A stretch of 64,000 nt of DNA from the IMG/VR virus record IMGVR_UViG_3300034073_003340, positions 1 to 64,000 of that record; one strand, given 5' to 3'. Shown piece by piece: positions 47,469 through 57,102 of this stretch. Position 1 is the stretch's first letter. Every line of letters starts with the position of its first letter. The notes under the pieces are model-generated. The model was not told the DNA's origin. It worked only from the letters and a program-made list of their open reading frames with translations, and did no database searches. The position numbers and the translations under genes were made by a program.

Positions 47469-49204
47469 TCTACGTCCTCTCCGTCGTCAGTAGACGATTC
47501 ATCACCACTTATTGGACTCGCTGATCCATCATCAGCGTTATCATCAAAAGTTTCATCTTCTAGATCGTCGCCCATATCCAGATCATCATTTGGTCTGATT
47601 CCAATACTATCTAGACCGGCGGGGGTCGCTCCAGCAAAACTATCGTCGGCAGCAGTTCCCTTTGTGGCGTCTCGATTTTCTTCACGCCACATACGTTCAT
47701 TTTCGTTAATTTCTTCTTCTGACATACCCAACTTATTGAGCATCAGCCATCTCTTGGAGAAATGTTTCATTTCTGCCAGAGGTTGATACACACTGATAGC
47801 AGCGGCATCTCGTTCCAACTTAGCATAAACACCAAAGTTCTCGGGTGGATTAAAGTTCAGTTCATATAGACTAGCATCTATATTGTATCCGCGTCGACGA
47901 ACGAAAAGTTTGAATTCATCATCAAATACTGGCGCTAGGAGATTTTGTAGACGCTGACAGTATTGGGCAAAACGAAACTCTTGAATATAAGCAGTTCCCA
48001 CACGGCCATCGTTAAAACTCTGCATTCCATCATCTGGCCCAGTTGGCAAATAACTTGAAGGAACACGGAGACCTCGAAGCAATTTGTTAGACCAAAATCG
48101 CAAGTCATCAATCTGACCTAGGTTTTCACCGGCTGGTAATGTCTCAACGCGCGATCCGCGGCCCTCAGCACTTTGAGCAAAGAAGAAATCTTCCATCATG
48201 CTCATTGGATTATAGGTGGCATCACCTATACTCGCACCACCACCGGTTCGGTTTGGATATCGGCGCTGATGTATCTCGTTTTTGACCTTTTCAAGATAAC
48301 CACCAACCTTGTGAAGAGGCATACCACCAACGTCCACATAAAAGACGCGACGCTCGGGAGCGCGCTGAATTCGGTAGATGATTACAGCTTCTTCAAGCAG
48401 GCCTTTTTCACGCCATACTTTGTAGACACTCTCAAGAATGGACGTTCCAAATGGCCAATTAGCATCAAGTCCTTCGCTGAGACTGAGATGAACTACATGG
48501 GTTGCCTCAATAGCGGTCTGGGTTGAATCCCTGTCAAAACGAGTGTTATTGGGATGACCACGACCCCAACGCTTCAAATCCTTACTGGGTTGCTGAACGC
48601 TCATTTGACTTGAGCCACCTGTCAAGTTCTGCCCATAGGCATCAGGGGCAGTAGCCGTAAAACTGTTTAAATTGACATCAAGGTCACTGAAAACATACGC
48701 CTCGGGCTGTTTGCCCTCGGCTTCATTGACTAAAATTTTATCAACTTTCGTGGGATCAACCCAAAACCAACGAAGAGTTTCAGGATCACGAATAAAGAAC
48801 TGATCACCATACTTTAGAGTAGAGCGAAACATTCTCCAAGTTCTACGCTTGAAATCGTTGATCTTACTCCACTGCATCAAACAGTTTTTTAGAATCTCTA
48901 CTTCTGTGTCGCTTGCTTCTTTGCGATAGTTGATTTCAAAGACTTCATCAGTTTTTGTGTCCTTTTGAACACAAAAATCTGCGATTGTATCCAAAGCAGC
49001 ATTTACTTCTGAATCATTATCCATGTCATCGTATTGACCATATCGGTCAATACGCATTGGTGAACCTTCATAAACTTCTGGTAAGATGCTAGCATAGTTG
49101 GCGCTACTCCCACCGGTGGTTGGATCATAGTCGCGAGAACGAGCCAGCTGGTTCTTCAACCGCTGGTTCATTGGTACAACCTGCATATGCTTTTTATAGG
49201 ACAT
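47465..49204 (-). CDS. Portal protein (T4 gp20-like)
   Basis: IYRIQRAPERRVFYVDVG, EDFFF...EGRGS-x-VETLP-x-G-x-NLG and L-x-VP-x-S. Confidence 0.96.
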   Translation of the reverse strand: MSYKKHMQVVPMNQRLKNQLARSRDYDPTTGGSSANYASILPEVYEGSPMRIDRYGQYDDMDNDSEVNAALDTIADFCVQKDTKTDEVFEINYRKEASDTEVEILKNCLMQWSKINDFKRRTWRMFRSTLKYGDQFFIRDPETLRWFWVDPTKVDKILVNEAEGKQPEAYVFSDLDVNLNSFTATAPDAYGQNLTGGSSQMSVQQPSKDLKRWGRGHPNNTRFDRDSTQTAIEATHVVHLSLSEGLDANWPFGTSILESVYKVWREKGLLEEAVIIYRIQRAPERRVFYVDVGGMPLHKVGGYLEKVKNEIHQRRYPNRTGGGASIGDATYNPMSMMEDFFFAQSAEGRGSRVETLPAGENLGQIDDLRFWSNKLLRGLRVPSSYLPTGPDDGMQSFNDGRVGTAYIQEFRFAQYCQRLQNLLAPVFDDEFKLFVRRRGYNIDASLYELNFNPPENFGVYAKLERDAAAISVYQPLAEMKHFSKRWLMLNKLGMSEEEINENERMWREENRDATKGTAADDSFAGATPAGLDSIGIRPNDDLDMGDDLEDETFDDNADDGSASPISGDESSTDDGEDVE

Positions 49205-49239
49205 CTGGCGCCTTTGCGGATAAACTCCAGATATTTAGC

Positions 49240-51636
49240 TTAGAAGGAATGCTCGGCTATAGACTTTGTATTCTTGTTTCCTTCTTGTAGCAGACGATCC
49301 ATTCTATCGCTCATATTGCGGATCACCGCAATTTCCTCACGAACTGCTTCCAAATGTCTATCACTATTATCTTTGATTTGTTTTAGAAGACCAGTTGAAC
49401 GTTCGCTTGCTTCCATGATACGGTTTGTCATCTGATCGACCGTAAGAGAAGTTCTAGAACGCTGCCCAGTGGCGTCAGCAGGAGCAGCAACGTTACGTGA
49501 TCTAGACATGGGAGCACTTGACCCTGCGCGGGCTGCTCTGGGGCTCTGAGAAGCATCACTGCTACCAGTTAAGTTATCCCAATCATTATAGATAGCACCA
49601 CCAAGCCCGGTGAGACCGCCTAGGACAGCTCCAGGAATGGCACCTACACCGGCGAAAGCTGATCCGGCCAGTGCGCCGCTTCCTGCTCCACTTAAAATGC
49701 TAGTCAGATAGCTTGAACTACGTGATCCAAAGAATCCTTTTTCGTTGGCACCAGTCCCAGTAAAGCTTTCACCCTTACGACTTTGGATTTGCTCACCAGA
49801 AAGGTACATGCCGCCTATTCCGGCCGCAACACCGCCAGCAATACCTAGAGCTGGTGCTGCTACTCTAGCTAAACCGGCGAACCTACCAGCGCCTCCGGCC
49901 GCACCTGCTGCTCGACCAATACCACTAGCACCTCTACCCCCAGACCCTAGAACTGAACTAAGACCGCGGAACAATTTCAATGAACCAGCTGCGGCGGTCA
50001 AACCCCCAGAGAAAATAGCCAAACCACCTGCGACTGCGAGGGCGGCGGTACCTATAGAACCCATGGTGTTAGTTTGAAGAGATGCGCTCATTGCTGCTTC
50101 TTGTAGCTTTACGTTGAAAGCGTCCATACTAGGAAGGATATCATCTCTTAGCTTGGGACCCAACATATCAACCATTGGATTGAATACCGCGGTGACTCCA
50201 GAATCAATGGTTACCATTGCCTTATTGAATGATTCAGCAAGCTGTAGAGCTCCTGTCGCTGCTCTCTGTTCATTGTTTTGATTCTGATCTGATGCTCTGT
50301 TGAAATCCCCATCCGTATTGTTGCTTTGGGAAACAAAACGATTCTGCAGAACTGATTTTAAAGCGCCACTGAGTGGATTATTATCAAGCTGCGCTTGTTG
50401 GGCAAATTGGAGTTGGAGATCTTTATTCTTCGCTAGATTTGCTCCATTTTCCTTTAGAGCCCTTGCCACTTCCAACTGAACTTGATCCGAAGATGCGCCA
50501 TTTCTCAGCATACCTTCAGCAAGAGCCAACGCCTTTTGTAAATCAGGATTGACTGCCGCTAGTTCAGCGGCTGGCTTGTTGACAACTTGACCAAAAGTCA
50601 GCTGATCAGTAATTGCTTGAACGCCGACGTCACCAAAGTTGTTTTTAAAAATATCCCTTACAGCATTAGCAGCCTGAGCGTCAAAGCCCTTGGAGTCAGC
50701 TACCGCATTAAACTGATAATCTGCGGCTGCTAGCTTTTGGGCTTCAAGGGCTTCTTCCCTAGTCTTACCTAAGATATGAGCAGTGGTTTCACTGGTCTTT
50801 ACGAGGTTTAAGATGCCCGCCGCCATTTGCTCACTGGAGCGATTCTGACCCGCACCCTGAAGCCTCAAAATTTCAGCATATGTGGACGTGACTTCGGTAA
50901 TTTGGTCTGGCAACATTCCCATATAACCAGATGCTCTAGTCATCTCCAACAGAGACTTTCGCACGTCACCAAACTTGATAGCCCCAAGCTGACGAGCACC
51001 CTGCGTTCCATTGCTCATTGCTTCAACGAACTGTTTTACAGTCATGCCAGCGGCGGACGCTTGGCGTCCCATATCCTGCATTGACATGACCGAACCTTCG
51101 CCAGTTGCCATCAACTGTCTATAGAAGTCAATTCGTTCTGCACCAACAGAAAAGCTTTTTGCCACAAAAGCAGAAGCTGATGAGGCGACCGCCCCAAAAG
51201 AACTATTAGCCGCCGCTAATCTCTCTCCAAAAGTCTTGGTATTCTTACCGGCAGTATCCACAGCATCAGAAAATTCGTTTGCCTCTGATCCTGCTTTTCT
51301 AAGGATTTGATCCAAAATGGTATTACCATCCGTGGATCCTTGACGACGAGTCTTTTCCTCAGTGATTATGGTATTTCGTTTGGTAGTAGGAGATTGGACA
51401 GGACCAGTACCCGGCCTTGGAGCGCCTTTGCGCATTTCCTTGACCAACTCACTTATGATAGTTTTTCTATCCTGAGTTGTTGAATCACCTTTACCAATTG
51501 ATCCACTCATTTTGTTGAGGATCATTCTGATACGATAAAGCTCGTCACGGGAAAGCTGATCACCTTTGGTTCGCTCTAGGCGGTCACCAAGGTTTTCAAT
51601 GATCGTCTTGAGTTGTTCAAGGTCAAAATCAGCCAT
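49240..51636 (-). CDS. Tape-measure-like/baseplate hub protein
   Basis: About 800 aa, Ala/Gly-rich helical with glycine-zipper segments. Probable start MADFDLEQ; late promoter upstream. Confidence 0.6.
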   Translation of the reverse strand: MADFDLEQLKTIIENLGDRLERTKGDQLSRDELYRIRMILNKMSGSIGKGDSTTQDRKTIISELVKEMRKGAPRPGTGPVQSPTTKRNTIITEEKTRRQGSTDGNTILDQILRKAGSEANEFSDAVDTAGKNTKTFGERLAAANSSFGAVASSASAFVAKSFSVGAERIDFYRQLMATGEGSVMSMQDMGRQASAAGMTVKQFVEAMSNGTQGARQLGAIKFGDVRKSLLEMTRASGYMGMLPDQITEVTSTYAEILRLQGAGQNRSSEQMAAGILNLVKTSETTAHILGKTREEALEAQKLAAADYQFNAVADSKGFDAQAANAVRDIFKNNFGDVGVQAITDQLTFGQVVNKPAAELAAVNPDLQKALALAEGMLRNGASSDQVQLEVARALKENGANLAKNKDLQLQFAQQAQLDNNPLSGALKSVLQNRFVSQSNNTDGDFNRASDQNQNNEQRAATGALQLAESFNKAMVTIDSGVTAVFNPMVDMLGPKLRDDILPSMDAFNVKLQEAAMSASLQTNTMGSIGTAALAVAGGLAIFSGGLTAAAGSLKLFRGLSSVLGSGGRGASGIGRAAGAAGGAGRFAGLARVAAPALGIAGGVAAGIGGMYLSGEQIQSRKGESFTGTGANEKGFFGSRSSSYLTSILSGAGSGALAGSAFAGVGAIPGAVLGGLTGLGGAIYNDWDNLTGSSDASQSPRAARAGSSAPMSRSRNVAAPADATGQRSRTSLTVDQMTNRIMEASERSTGLLKQIKDNSDRHLEAVREEIAVIRNMSDRMDRLLQEGNKNTKSIAEHSF

Positions 51637-51726
51637 ATGTCTCCCCGATCTTACATCATTATTTAGTGACCTATTAACCGTGCGGTTAATCAACCGATAA
51701 GTAGACATATGACAGAGGAGACAAAA

Positions 51727-52587
51727 ATGTCCGACAATCCATTAGCAGCATATTTTCGTGGGGCAGACGTCCACCAGATGCTACCAACTCAAGGTCAGTT
51801 CTTTGATGAAAATGAAATTGAACTGGCTATCAACGGAGAAGTGGCAGTTCTACCAATGACTGCTGCTGATGAAATTATCCTAAAGAACCCTGATGCTCTA
51901 CTAAATGGTGATGCGTTGGAGCGACTCTTTAAAAGTTGTGTTCCTGCCATCAAGGCTCCTCGAAAGATTAGCGTTCCTGATATGGACGTCTTGCTACTAG
52001 CTATCAAATTAGCCAGTTATGGCGATACGTTGGAAATATCCACTACTTGTCCTAATTGTAAGACTGAATCTTCTTTTGAAACTAGCATCAGAGGAATCTT
52101 GTCAGATATAACCCTAGTCAAAGATGAAGATACCTTGGTCCGTATTGATGATGACATGGTAGTGTATTTGAAGCCCTATGATTTTGAAAGCAAGACCAAG
52201 CTGGACTTAGCAGCATTTGAAGAAGCCAAACTTCTCCAACACCTATTGAGCATGGATGCTGATGATGAAGAGAAGGCCAAACTCTTCAATGAGTCATTTG
52301 AAAAAATCGCAGAACTCAATCTGGATCTTTTGAGTCATTGTATAAGACACATTCAAATTCCCAATAAGGCTGATGCCGGTAAGACTATCATGGTGTCAGA
52401 TCAAAAACATATCAGGGAATTTATTCGTAACGCTGACAAGAATAAAATCAAAAAGATCAATGAAAAGCTGGCCCATCTGAGCAAAAGTGGAGTCAATCGC
52501 GATATTGACGTTCAATGCTCAAATGAAGAATGTAAGCACGAATGGACAACTCAAATGACGTTCGATGCTGCCCATTTTTTCGCCTAA
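51727..52587 (+). CDS. Baseplate hub/tail assembly chaperone (T4 gp26-like)
   Basis: NPL-x-x-YFR...LPT-x-G, MTA-x-DEI-x-LK-x-PDAL-x-NG, D-x-D-x-LL-x-AI-x-x-ASYG, two CxxC motifs, ends HFFA. GAGGAG RBS. Confidence 0.8.
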   Translation: MSDNPLAAYFRGADVHQMLPTQGQFFDENEIELAINGEVAVLPMTAADEIILKNPDALLNGDALERLFKSCVPAIKAPRKISVPDMDVLLLAIKLASYGDTLEISTTCPNCKTESSFETSIRGILSDITLVKDEDTLVRIDDDMVVYLKPYDFESKTKLDLAAFEEAKLLQHLLSMDADDEEKAKLFNESFEKIAELNLDLLSHCIRHIQIPNKADAGKTIMVSDQKHIREFIRNADKNKIKKINEKLAHLSKSGVNRDIDVQCSNEECKHEWTTQMTFDAAHFFA

Positions 52588-52811
52588 GGCTCTTGGGAAC
52601 TCCACCTGAAGATGTTCCAATGATTCTTCAGGAATATGTAGACGACGCAAGAGCCTTAGAAAATCAGCTTATACAGATTGCGTTTTATATGAGAGGTGGT
52701 TGCCCTCTTGATCAAGCTTATAAGCTAACGAATCGTCAGAGAAAGAACACTCTGAAGTTCATTGAAGAAAATATCGAGAGAACAAACAAGACCGGGGTCA
52801 TGATGCACTAA
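52582..52811 (+). CDS. Small gp51-like chaperone domain, possibly expressed by -1 frameshift from the gp26-like gene
   Basis: Open -1 frame across T TTT TTC at 52575-52581; I-x-FYMRGG...AY...QR...FI-x-EN motif. Confidence 0.55.
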
Positions 52812-53188
52812 AGAGTTCCATGCTCTAGAAAAATTCCGGCCAGATTGGAGTCACGACGAACATGACAAAGCTCAAGATCAAGACCCTGAGAGACCTCCTT
52901 GAATTGTTTGAACAAGTCGATAAGCAATTGGTTATTGATCTTCCAAAGACCAGAAGCTTGATTGATGACCAATTGACTGTCACCAAAAATGACAGCCTTT
53001 TGGATGCCATTGTCTTTGGCCCAAATAACCGCCCAGACCAAAGCTGACCATTCAGCGATATTATTGGTTCCCTGACCCAGGTCCTTCATCGTAAGGGCTT
53101 GAGGCTTTTCCCCATCCCTGCATATAACAATACAGCTAGACATCTTTCCTGGGTTTGGGGAACAACCACCATCAAAATATATGTTCAT
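52808..53188 (-). CDS. rnhA: Ribonuclease HI-family protein
   Basis: FDGGCSPNPG, TNNIAEWSAL, GDSQLVINQ...W and HV-x-R-x-x-N. Confidence 0.88.
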   Translation of the reverse strand: MNIYFDGGCSPNPGKMSSCIVICRDGEKPQALTMKDLGQGTNNIAEWSALVWAVIWAKDNGIQKAVIFGDSQLVINQASGLWKINNQLLIDLFKQFKEVSQGLDLELCHVRRDSNLAGIFLEHGTL

Positions 53189-53244
53189 TCACCAATTTAG
53201 CTTATCTGAATCCTCGGTGTCAATCAGTCGCAGATATTCCAAAC

Positions 53245-54060
53245 CTCTTTGGGCTATTAGCCCATAACGTTCACCTCGAACTTACGTTCGAGGACTAAGG
53301 TGTTTCATTTAGCTTTCTTCGCTTACGCTCATTCGCTAATTCAACACCTTAGTGAGGACATTGTTCAATGCTGTTCTGAAAAACTAGATTTATCATCAAT
53401 CAACATCACCAATTGCCAGAACTTTAACGACATATCAATTACTCAGGACGAATTAATTGATAACAAGTAACTGAGCTTTCTGGCATGCCAGAAAGTGAAG
53501 TAGGACTTGCGTTGCGAAGCTAGCAAGGCCTCTTAACCTTAATGGATAATCGATCAATTCATTCAGTCACACTGACTTCCCCCGTCTCCGGGAGAAGTTC
53601 AAAAAATGAATGAAATCTACAATTTTAGGGATTCACACAATATGACTGGCGTGGACAGTTCAGAGGATCCTAGGTCTGCCATTATATCCTGCACCTTTTC
53701 AGTGCTCACTGCCGCTTCTGTGTAATCGGTCTCCAGCTGGAGTACCTTTCCACACAGGACGGTCGGTAGTTCGTTACGCTACCACTCAACATCTCCATTG
53801 CTCACGCCAGCGGCTCCGGAGACTTGCTCGTTTCTTTTCAAAACGAGTCTAGTCTTTGACTAGGGCGTCCCACTCTTTGGAGAGCGAGGGACCTGCCTAG
53901 ATTTCCAGGACGTTGCCGAAGCCATCTCCAGATCCATTCTAGATCCGTTGAAGTTCCTCTGGGGTTTAGCACGTAGCCACTTTCCCAGCCCATGGTCGCC
54001 GCCCAATACAGCGCTCTCCGGGGGTTCGAGGGCATGATCTGCGCCTCCACTGCCTTATCT
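53245..54060 (-). ncRNA. Large ornate structured non-coding region (ncRNA and/or replication origin candidate)
   Basis: No credible ORF. Nested hairpins capped by GUAA, GAGA, GAAA and C(UUCG)G loops on the minus strand, with G-U pairs favouring minus. Perfect 20-bp palindrome at 53476-53495. Confidence 0.65.
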
Positions 54061-54190
54061 TTCTCACACTTCAGCTTCCAAAAACTGATAAATAAGTATG
54101 TAAAGGACGGGTATGTTATTGGGTGTGTTTTTAGCTCAATAATAAATTACAAGGTGTCGTGGTAGTCCCAGGTGACCGTTCTTAGTGTAT

Positions 54191-54240
54191 GGGCCCCGGT
54201 TGGAACTTCTAGTTCCTCCGGGGCTCTTTGTTTTTGTTTT
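54191..54240 (+). terminator. Plus-strand intrinsic terminator within the non-coding region
   Basis: GGGCCCCGG...CCGGGGCTC stem followed by TTTGTTTTTGTTTT. Confidence 0.7.
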
Positions 54241-54368
54241 GTGTTCAAGAGCTATAAAGTAGAATCTGTAACTATCCTCTTGTGGGATATTTAGTACACA
54301 GATCAGACCGTTTCTACGGCCTCGATTCAGCTACATCTGATAATCGATCTGAGGAGAATGTTGGTCTC

Positions 54369-55196
54369 TCATTCAAAACATCTCCTATTCGTATTCATCA
54401 TAATAGATGTTTTGATCATAGGAGCATTCGTATACTCTAGATAGTATGGTACCTGGCTATGCTTTATGTCAACAAACCAGGATTCTTTTTCTTCATTGGA
54501 TTGATAATGGAGTATAGCCATATTCCAGCGACGATCAGACGCTAGATCATATCCATCAACTTTTACCGGTGTTTTACTATATGGTGTATAGATATGGGTT
54601 TGATCTAGATCACTGAGATACTCAATTCTCGATAGTGCCATTCTGGGCATCTGGAGACAGCTTCGGTGATTTAAATCACACTCTCCCAATAGGTTGATTG
54701 GCTTAGAAAGTTTGTCTTTTTTCATGAACTTGGAGGCCTGGATTCTATAGAAATCCAAGAATACTCTCGCCATGCTCTTTCTAATCTGAGGGTCAATCCT
54801 GGTCTCTTTAGCAGCCAGGTTAAGAGTGTATAAAATACTCTCATTCAGAAACCGCTGGCCCAGAACGTTTCTACCTAGCAACATCCTCCGGTGTGGTTCC
54901 AAATGTTCAGGTAGAGAGATATCTTCAGATGCGTTTAAAAATGGAGTAATGGACGTTCCATACTCAGCCAAAGTTTCCCAAAGTCTTGTCCAATCCTTAT
55001 GAAGAGAAAGCAAAACAGTAGGATTGGTTCGAACTTTGGAACTCAGCCCAGATACTAAATGATTGTGATAGTAGAGTTCCTCTTTTATGAACCCTTTGAA
55101 GCAAGTCTTGTCAGCAAAAGCTAGATTAATCATAATTCTCAAATCACGAAATTTAGCGTTCACATTCAACTCCTTTCTGATATCAACATGCGGCAA
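54369..55196 (-). CDS. Hypothetical protein resembling the WED/REC half of TnpB/Cas12f, lacking RuvC
   Basis: By-eye register with TnpB: INL...YYHNHLV ~ LYP...FVYNHFL; HIYTPYSKTPVKV ~ LKLPKLGWVK; WNMAILH ~ LNVTVRR; SWFVDIK ~ HYEASV. The ORF ends before any RuvC-I Asp. Confidence 0.4.
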   Translation of the reverse strand: MPHVDIRKELNVNAKFRDLRIMINLAFADKTCFKGFIKEELYYHNHLVSGLSSKVRTNPTVLLSLHKDWTRLWETLAEYGTSITPFLNASEDISLPEHLEPHRRMLLGRNVLGQRFLNESILYTLNLAAKETRIDPQIRKSMARVFLDFYRIQASKFMKKDKLSKPINLLGECDLNHRSCLQMPRMALSRIEYLSDLDQTHIYTPYSKTPVKVDGYDLASDRRWNMAILHYQSNEEKESWFVDIKHSQVPYYLEYTNAPMIKTSIMMNTNRRCFE

Positions 55197-55261
55197 TCAG
55201 GGTTACCTTGTCTATATTCTGGTGTTAATAAATACCTACATAATTGGAAAAAGGATACTTC

Positions 55262-55801
55262 ATGACTAGCCGACAAAAATCCAAAGGTAACGCCTGGGAA
55301 AACGAAATTTGTAAGTTCTTTGGAGAAACCCTGGGAGGTAACTTTCAGCGAGTCCCAAACTCAGGAGCATACATCGGTGGTAAGAACGTATACAGAAAAG
55401 ATCAATTATCTGAGGGACAGGCGCGAGCTGCCAAAGGGGATATCATCCCACCGGATGATCTACCAAAATTGAATATCGAAGCCAAGAACTATGGTGATAT
55501 TGCGTTCCATCAGATTCTTGACGGATGCTGTAAGCAACTTGACACCTGGATTGATCAAACTGAGGAACCAGCAGATCCTGGTGATTTCTCTATGACCATT
55601 TTTAAGATCACCCGCAGGGGAAGTTGGGTCGCTTTCAAATCAGAGAATCTGGCTAATTTTGATATGACTGGCTTGTCTTATGTTACGTATCGAAAAGGCT
55701 TTGGATCTGAAAATGCCTGTGATTATATCATTGTCAGTCACGTCCCATTTTTCACCCAAAACAAGTTGGCAGTGAGAAAATTAGGTGGCGCTGAAAATTG
55801 A
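55262..55801 (+). CDS. Holliday junction resolvase (Hjc-type PD-(D/E)xK)
   Basis: SKSKGN-x-WE-x-EI, F-x-RVPNSGA, GDII-x-P and IEAKNY. Confidence 0.85.
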   Translation: MTSRQKSKGNAWENEICKFFGETLGGNFQRVPNSGAYIGGKNVYRKDQLSEGQARAAKGDIIPPDDLPKLNIEAKNYGDIAFHQILDGCCKQLDTWIDQTEEPADPGDFSMTIFKITRRGSWVAFKSENLANFDMTGLSYVTYRKGFGSENACDYIIVSHVPFFTQNKLAVRKLGGAEN

Positions 55802-55868
55802 CCTTTGGTCACCATTTATAGCATAAAGAAAGCCGGGATAGTTTTCCGGCTTTCTTTATGGAGTAACA

Positions 55869-56219
55869 ATGAGTAAACTGAGCCTCAAGCAGCTTGAACG
55901 CAAGCACCTTCCATATGGAAAGTTCAAATTCATCGTTCTCTTGAAAAGAGAATCCCGTCGCATATGGCGTTGCTCTAGCAACGCATCAATGGTTGAGCAA
56001 ATGCGTGGATTTCTGAGAACCACCGTCAACGGATCTTTTAAATTGGTTCATGAATACAATTACAAAGGCCGTAGGGTATATACTCATCTATATCTGACTG
56101 AGCCAATGGATCTAGCCATGCTCAAGCTAGTTCATGGTGATAGGCTTTTTAAGATTTACAAGGTAAAACTGGTTCAGCCTCACGAATCACCTTTAGGTGA
56201 TGGTCAAACTGAATCCTGA
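55869..56219 (+). CDS. Hypothetical protein
   Basis: 116 aa with GGAG RBS. Confidence 0.6.
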   Translation: MSKLSLKQLERKHLPYGKFKFIVLLKRESRRIWRCSSNASMVEQMRGFLRTTVNGSFKLVHEYNYKGRRVYTHLYLTEPMDLAMLKLVHGDRLFKIYKVKLVQPHESPLGDGQTES

Positions 56220-56394
56220 CCACAAAGACGTCTTGGAGCTCGTTTGTATAAAACGAGTCCCCTATGATTTCATATTCACCAACAAATCTACCAGCGAACC
56301 AGTCATCGACTTGTTTGGCTTTGTCTTTGTGGATAAACTGTGCTTGGTAACGCCACTTATTGAAAAATTTACTCGTCGTCTTTTGAAATCTCAT
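56149..56394 (-). CDS. Small hypothetical protein
   Basis: 81 aa, coupled to the upstream minus-strand ORF. Confidence 0.5.
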   Translation of the reverse strand: MRFQKTTSKFFNKWRYQAQFIHKDKAKQVDDWFAGRFVGEYEIIGDSFYTNELQDVFVVRIQFDHHLKVIREAEPVLPCKS

Positions 56395-56725
56395 CAGGAT
56401 CGTCCGTATGCTGCTCTACCCGGTCGAACAGCGTTTTGAATGCTTCATGATCCTGAAGTTTCCACATCAACAAAGTTCCAGAGTTCTGTAGATACAGCTC
56501 AACTTCGTTTGTGGCTGGATGATTCTGGAGTTTCCAATCAACATCCTCTTCTCCGACTTCTCGCCGTAGTCGCTTTTCCAGCCGACTTTTTTGCGAAATA
56601 GCAGTGATCACATCATTTGTTTTGGCGAGAACAGCCCGGATTTTGAAACCAGTGAAAATCGTCGAGGGGTCCCAGTCCGCATCATAGCGGTTGACCTTGC
56701 GAATCTCAAGCTTGTTGCTGCTCAT
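56369..56725 (-). CDS. Hypothetical protein
   Basis: 118 aa with GGAG RBS. Confidence 0.6.
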   Translation of the reverse strand: MSSNKLEIRKVNRYDADWDPSTIFTGFKIRAVLAKTNDVITAISQKSRLEKRLRREVGEEDVDWKLQNHPATNEVELYLQNSGTLLMWKLQDHEAFKTLFDRVEQHTDDPDEISKDDE

Positions 56726-56787
56726 TGCTTACTCCATATTTAACCATCGGGAAATGGCATAACACAGACAGCTATAGAGTCAACCAA

Positions 56788-57102
56788 TTAGGTCCAAACT
56801 AATTTGAACATTAAAGCGTGATCAGGGTTTTTAAAGAAGATCTTCATATGTGTTTGTCTATTTGTAAAATGAGGTTCAAGATATGGGTCTATATCGCCGT
56901 ATGGAATCCATGCCCAATTGTAATGAAATTGGGTTATTGCCGCGATAGCTTCGTCTTCAGTCCACCATATCATGGTATCACCGGGTCCAGCTATACTCTC
57001 AAGGCAACTTTTTATCTCATTACTCATATAGCATCTGGACTGAGTTTTAGACCAGACACTAGCAGACTGTAGAGGAAGTATAATGCTCTTGATTACAGCC
57101 AT
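56788..57102 (-). CDS. Hypothetical protein
   Basis: Ends F-x-N-x-x-HALMFKLVW, similar to the next gene. Confidence 0.6.
   Translation of the reverse strand: MAVIKSIILPLQSASVWSKTQSRCYMSNEIKSCLESIAGPGDTMIWWTEDEAIAAITQFHYNWAWIPYGDIDPYLEPHFTNRQTHMKIFFKNPDHALMFKLVWT

Noticed and set aside
15900-53870. Shared words (CCTAGTCAA, CTCCGGAG) between the two large non-coding regions
   Set aside because: 8-9-mer matches between two ~800 nt sequences are expected by chance.
53820-53910. Group I intron-like P/Q/R words in the second non-coding region
   Set aside because: GACTAG pairs locally with CTAGTC, there is no S element to form P7, and there are no flanking exons.
54005-54035. tRNA gene around GGTTCGAG
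   Set aside because: No complementary T-stem or cloverleaf.
53838-54050. 70-aa ORF inside the structured region
   Set aside because: No clear RBS or recognisable motif, and it overlaps dense RNA helices.
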